Origin: Candidatus Omnitrophota bacterium | Lineage (GTDB): Bacteria; Omnitrophota; Omnitrophia; Omnitrophales; Aquincolibacteriaceae | Length of the DNA stretch: 64,000 nucleotides | Reading direction: 5' to 3' | Assembly: GCA_035368605.1 (NCBI GenBank) | Contig: DAOSLF010000009.1 | Coordinates: 7,079-71,078, forward strand | Shown here: one piece after another, positions 56,497-64,000 of the stretch | How positions within the stretch are numbered: the first letter of the stretch is position 1 | How the letters are laid out: every line of letters begins with the position of its first letter | Translations under genes and position numbers: made by a program | Notes under the pieces: model-generated | Seen by the model: only the letters and a program-made list of their open reading frames with translations | The model's database searches: none | What the model was told of the DNA's origin: nothing

Positions 56497-57846
56497 ATGT
56501 TGCCTTCCAGCGACACGGATCTTTCCGGAACGTGGTCAAAAATTTCCTCCGTTCTTTCGAGAGAGCTTAGCGAGCAATCTTATAAAACATGGTTTGAGAA
56601 TGTCTGGCTCCTGAAAGCGGATGCTTCGTCTATCACGTTGCGGGTTCCGGACAGTTATTATGGAAAGTGGCTTGAAGATCATTATCAGAATCTGATCCTC
56701 TCTTCCGCAGCCGAAATCCTCGGGAGACCTGTTTCTGTTTCTTATCAGGTGGTTGCCGCTCAAAGCGTTACGACATCAACGCCTTCCGTGTCCGCGCCTC
56801 CCCGAGAGAAGGGACCGGGAACTATTTCTCTTAATTCCGCCTACACATTCGACAACTTTGTCATCGGGCCCGGTAATCGTTTCGCGCATGCGGCAGCTAT
56901 GGCAGTAACGGATGCGCCCGCCAGACAATATAATCCTCTTTTTATTTATGGCCCTACCGGCCTCGGGAAAACACATCTTTTACAATCGATAGCTTGTGAG
57001 ATCAGCAGGAAGAATTCTCATTTCAAAATTCTTTATATTTCCAGCGAACAATTTACCAACCAGTTAATCAATGCCATCCAAACACGCACAACACATCAAT
57101 TTCGCGCAAAGTACAGAACGCTGGATCTTCTTCTTATTGATGATATTCATTCGATCGCCGGTAGAGATTCGACGCAGGAGGAGTTTTTTAATACCTTCAA
57201 CTCTCTCTATGACGCCCACAAACAGATTGTTGTCACCAGCGATCGCCCTCCTAAAGAAATTCCGAGCCTTGAAGAGCGTCTCGTTTCCCGCTTTGGCTGG
57301 GGTTTGGTAACTGATATCCAGCCGCCCGATTTTGAAACCCGCGTTGCCATTCTTAAAAAGAAAATAGAAAAAGAAACGGTGTTGGTCCCGGATGATGTTC
57401 TTTATTTTATCGCGGGGAAGATCAAATCAAATATCCGGGAGCTGGAAGGGGCATTGATAAGGGTGGTGGCTTACTGCACCCTTACCCGGACAGCGCTGGA
57501 TGTCAGGTTAACCCAGGATATCCTTAAAGATGCGGTTAAAGAAGAGGCACAAAAATTCTCTATAGAAGAAATCCAGAAAACCGTTGCGGATTATTTCCAG
57601 ATTAAGGTTTCTGATCTTCGGGCAAAAAAAAGGATTCTTTCCGTTGTTCGTCCCCGGCAGATCGCCATGTATCTTATTCGGGAATTAACCGGACACTCCC
57701 TTCCGGAGATTGGTGAGTTTTTTGGGGGAAAGGATCATACAACTGTTTTACATGCCTGTAATAAAATTTCCCGAGAAAAAGAAAAAGATATCGGGTTGCG
57801 GGGGATATTGGATAAAATAACAAGCCTGTTGAGAAAAGAAGGGTGA
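56497..57846 (+). CDS. dnaA: chromosomal replication initiator DnaA
   Basis: AAA+ Walker A (GPTGLGKTHLL), sensor motifs, and C-terminal DNA-binding domain (DHTTVLHACNKI). Confidence 0.9.
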   Translation: MLPSSDTDLSGTWSKISSVLSRELSEQSYKTWFENVWLLKADASSITLRVPDSYYGKWLEDHYQNLILSSAAEILGRPVSVSYQVVAAQSVTTSTPSVSAPPREKGPGTISLNSAYTFDNFVIGPGNRFAHAAAMAVTDAPARQYNPLFIYGPTGLGKTHLLQSIACEISRKNSHFKILYISSEQFTNQLINAIQTRTTHQFRAKYRTLDLLLIDDIHSIAGRDSTQEEFFNTFNSLYDAHKQIVVTSDRPPKEIPSLEERLVSRFGWGLVTDIQPPDFETRVAILKKKIEKETVLVPDDVLYFIAGKIKSNIRELEGALIRVVAYCTLTRTALDVRLTQDILKDAVKEEAQKFSIEEIQKTVADYFQIKVSDLRAKKRILSVVRPRQIAMYLIRELTGHSLPEIGEFFGGKDHTTVLHACNKISREKEKDIGLRGILDKITSLLRKEG

Positions 57847-57971
57847 TGATCCACAGGTGATTTTTTTTGTAATTATTTCAAAATAAAACAGTTAGGGAAT
57901 TATCCACATTTTCACAAGTACTGGTTCTACGACGACTGTTTTTTAAAAAAGACAGAAGGAGAGATAGGGAT
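57847..57971. other. oriC candidate region 2 (dnaA-dnaN intergenic DnaA boxes)
   Basis: Perfect DnaA box TTATCCACA at 57900-57908. TGATCCACA (1 mismatch) at 57847-57855. AT-rich spacer between them. Confidence 0.55.
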
Positions 57972-59072
57972 ATGGAAATTAAAGTCCAAAAAAGCGATCT
58001 CGTCAGAAAAATAGCCTTAGGTGTTAATATTGCGGGCGGAAAGCCGAGCACCCTCCCCATTTTAAATAATCTTCTCCTTGAAACCCGAAAAGAAGGGGGA
58101 GTGAAAGTCGTTGCTACGGATATGGAGGTGGGGATTTCTGCGACCATTCCTGCGGAAATCGCACAAAATGGAAGCATCACGGTTCCTGCGAGGAAATTTT
58201 ATGATATTGTCAAAGAACTTCCCGAGGGGGAGATTGACATTTCGGTGACAAAAAACAACACCGTGAATATCAAATGCGGCAAATCATATTTCAAGATTAT
58301 GGGCCTAGATAAGGAGGATTTCCCGAAACTCCCCGCGTTTTCCCTGGACCAGGCGATAGAAATTGAACAAAGTGTGTTAAAAGAGTGTTTAACCCTGACT
58401 TCCTTCGCGATTTCTCATGATGAGACAAGATATGTGTTGAATGGCGTGCTTGTGTCTTTTCAGGAAGGGGGTATCCGTTTTGTTGCGACGGACGGACGGC
58501 GGCTCGCGTTTTATAAAAAAGAGATCAAAAAGAAAATAAATATAAAAAACGACATGATTATCCCCGCCAAAACCATTCATGAATTACTTAAATTACTCGA
58601 ATGGGATGGTGTGATAAAGATTACGCAGTCTCAAAACAAGATCATATTTGTTTTGGATGACACCTACCTGAGTTCGAGCTTGATTGAAGGGAATTTTCCA
58701 AATTACGAACAAGTGATACCAAAGGAAGAAAAAACCACAGCGGTTGTAAATCGCGAGGAACTCCTCCAGGCAGTTCGTCGCGCATCGCTTTTAACCTCCT
58801 CGGAATCCCCCGCGTTAAAATTCGATTTTATCAAAGGGAAAGCCCTGGTTTCGGCAAAATCCCCCAATATGGGAGAGGCGAAGGAGGAATTGCCGGCGGA
58901 ATTCAAAGGGCAGGAAATCACGATCGGGTTCAACCCGAACTATCTCATGGATGTTTTAAAGAACCTGACGGATGAAAATATCACCATCTCACTGACCGAA
59001 CCGGATAAGCCGGGGCTTGTGAAGGGACGCGAAGGATATTTATACGTGATCATGCCGATGCAGCTTAATTAA
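57972..59072 (+). CDS. dnaN: DNA polymerase III beta sliding clamp
   Basis: Three-domain beta-clamp homology across 366 aa. Confidence 0.9.
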   Translation: MEIKVQKSDLVRKIALGVNIAGGKPSTLPILNNLLLETRKEGGVKVVATDMEVGISATIPAEIAQNGSITVPARKFYDIVKELPEGEIDISVTKNNTVNIKCGKSYFKIMGLDKEDFPKLPAFSLDQAIEIEQSVLKECLTLTSFAISHDETRYVLNGVLVSFQEGGIRFVATDGRRLAFYKKEIKKKINIKNDMIIPAKTIHELLKLLEWDGVIKITQSQNKIIFVLDDTYLSSSLIEGNFPNYEQVIPKEEKTTAVVNREELLQAVRRASLLTSSESPALKFDFIKGKALVSAKSPNMGEAKEELPAEFKGQEITIGFNPNYLMDVLKNLTDENITISLTEPDKPGLVKGREGYLYVIMPMQLN

Positions 59073-59110
59073 ACGGTAAAAAGCGCCGATAACAGAGCGC
59101 AAAGCATACG

Positions 59111-61938
<2,828 letters not shown>

Positions 61939-61960
61939 GCTCTCATAAAGTAAAAAAGAA

Positions 61961-64000
<2,040 letters not shown>

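Overview
This window is the chromosomal replication-origin neighbourhood of a GC-rich bacterium, probably from an uncultivated lineage. I cannot assign a taxon from sequence alone. Coding density is high, with many 4-bp ATGA start/stop overlaps between adjacent genes.

The origin block is rpmH-rnpA-yidD-yidC on the minus strand, then mnmG, parA and parB (with two consensus parS palindromes), followed by dnaA-dnaN-DUF721(DciA-like)-gyrB-gyrA on the plus strand. DnaA boxes and AT-rich DNA sit on both sides of dnaA.

The rest of the window holds:
- Housekeeping operons: accA, rpsP-trmD-rplS-rnhB-yraN, rho-rpmE-prfA-prmC-murA, coaE-polA, and pilT.
- A c-di-GMP signalling triad: REC, REC-GGDEF-EAL and a PAS histidine kinase.
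- A GT2 plus GT-C glycosyltransferase pair.
- A biotin cluster (bioB, fabG-like, fabF-like, bioF, nitroreductase, bioA, bioD) with no bioC/H/G/W.
- A GH94 phosphorylase next to an orphan substrate-binding protein and a secreted 696-aa protein.

The most unusual items are four:
- A tightly coupled minus-strand operon: DUF5329 periplasmic protein, Omp85-like beta-barrel, and a 545-aa secreted protein with a protein-kinase-like catalytic-loop and DFG-like pattern.
- A stripped-down Rnf-like cluster: RnfC and RnfD homologues plus three small divergent membrane proteins, with no RnfB or RnfG.
- A TLC/Npt-type nucleotide transporter homologue.
- An about 808-aa beta-barrel plus beta-helix surface-protein gene broken by a +1 frameshift at a C6 homopolymer.

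I saw no rRNA, tRNA or CRISPR array. Many long ORFs in the six-frame track are antisense shadows typical of high-GC DNA and are not reported as genes.
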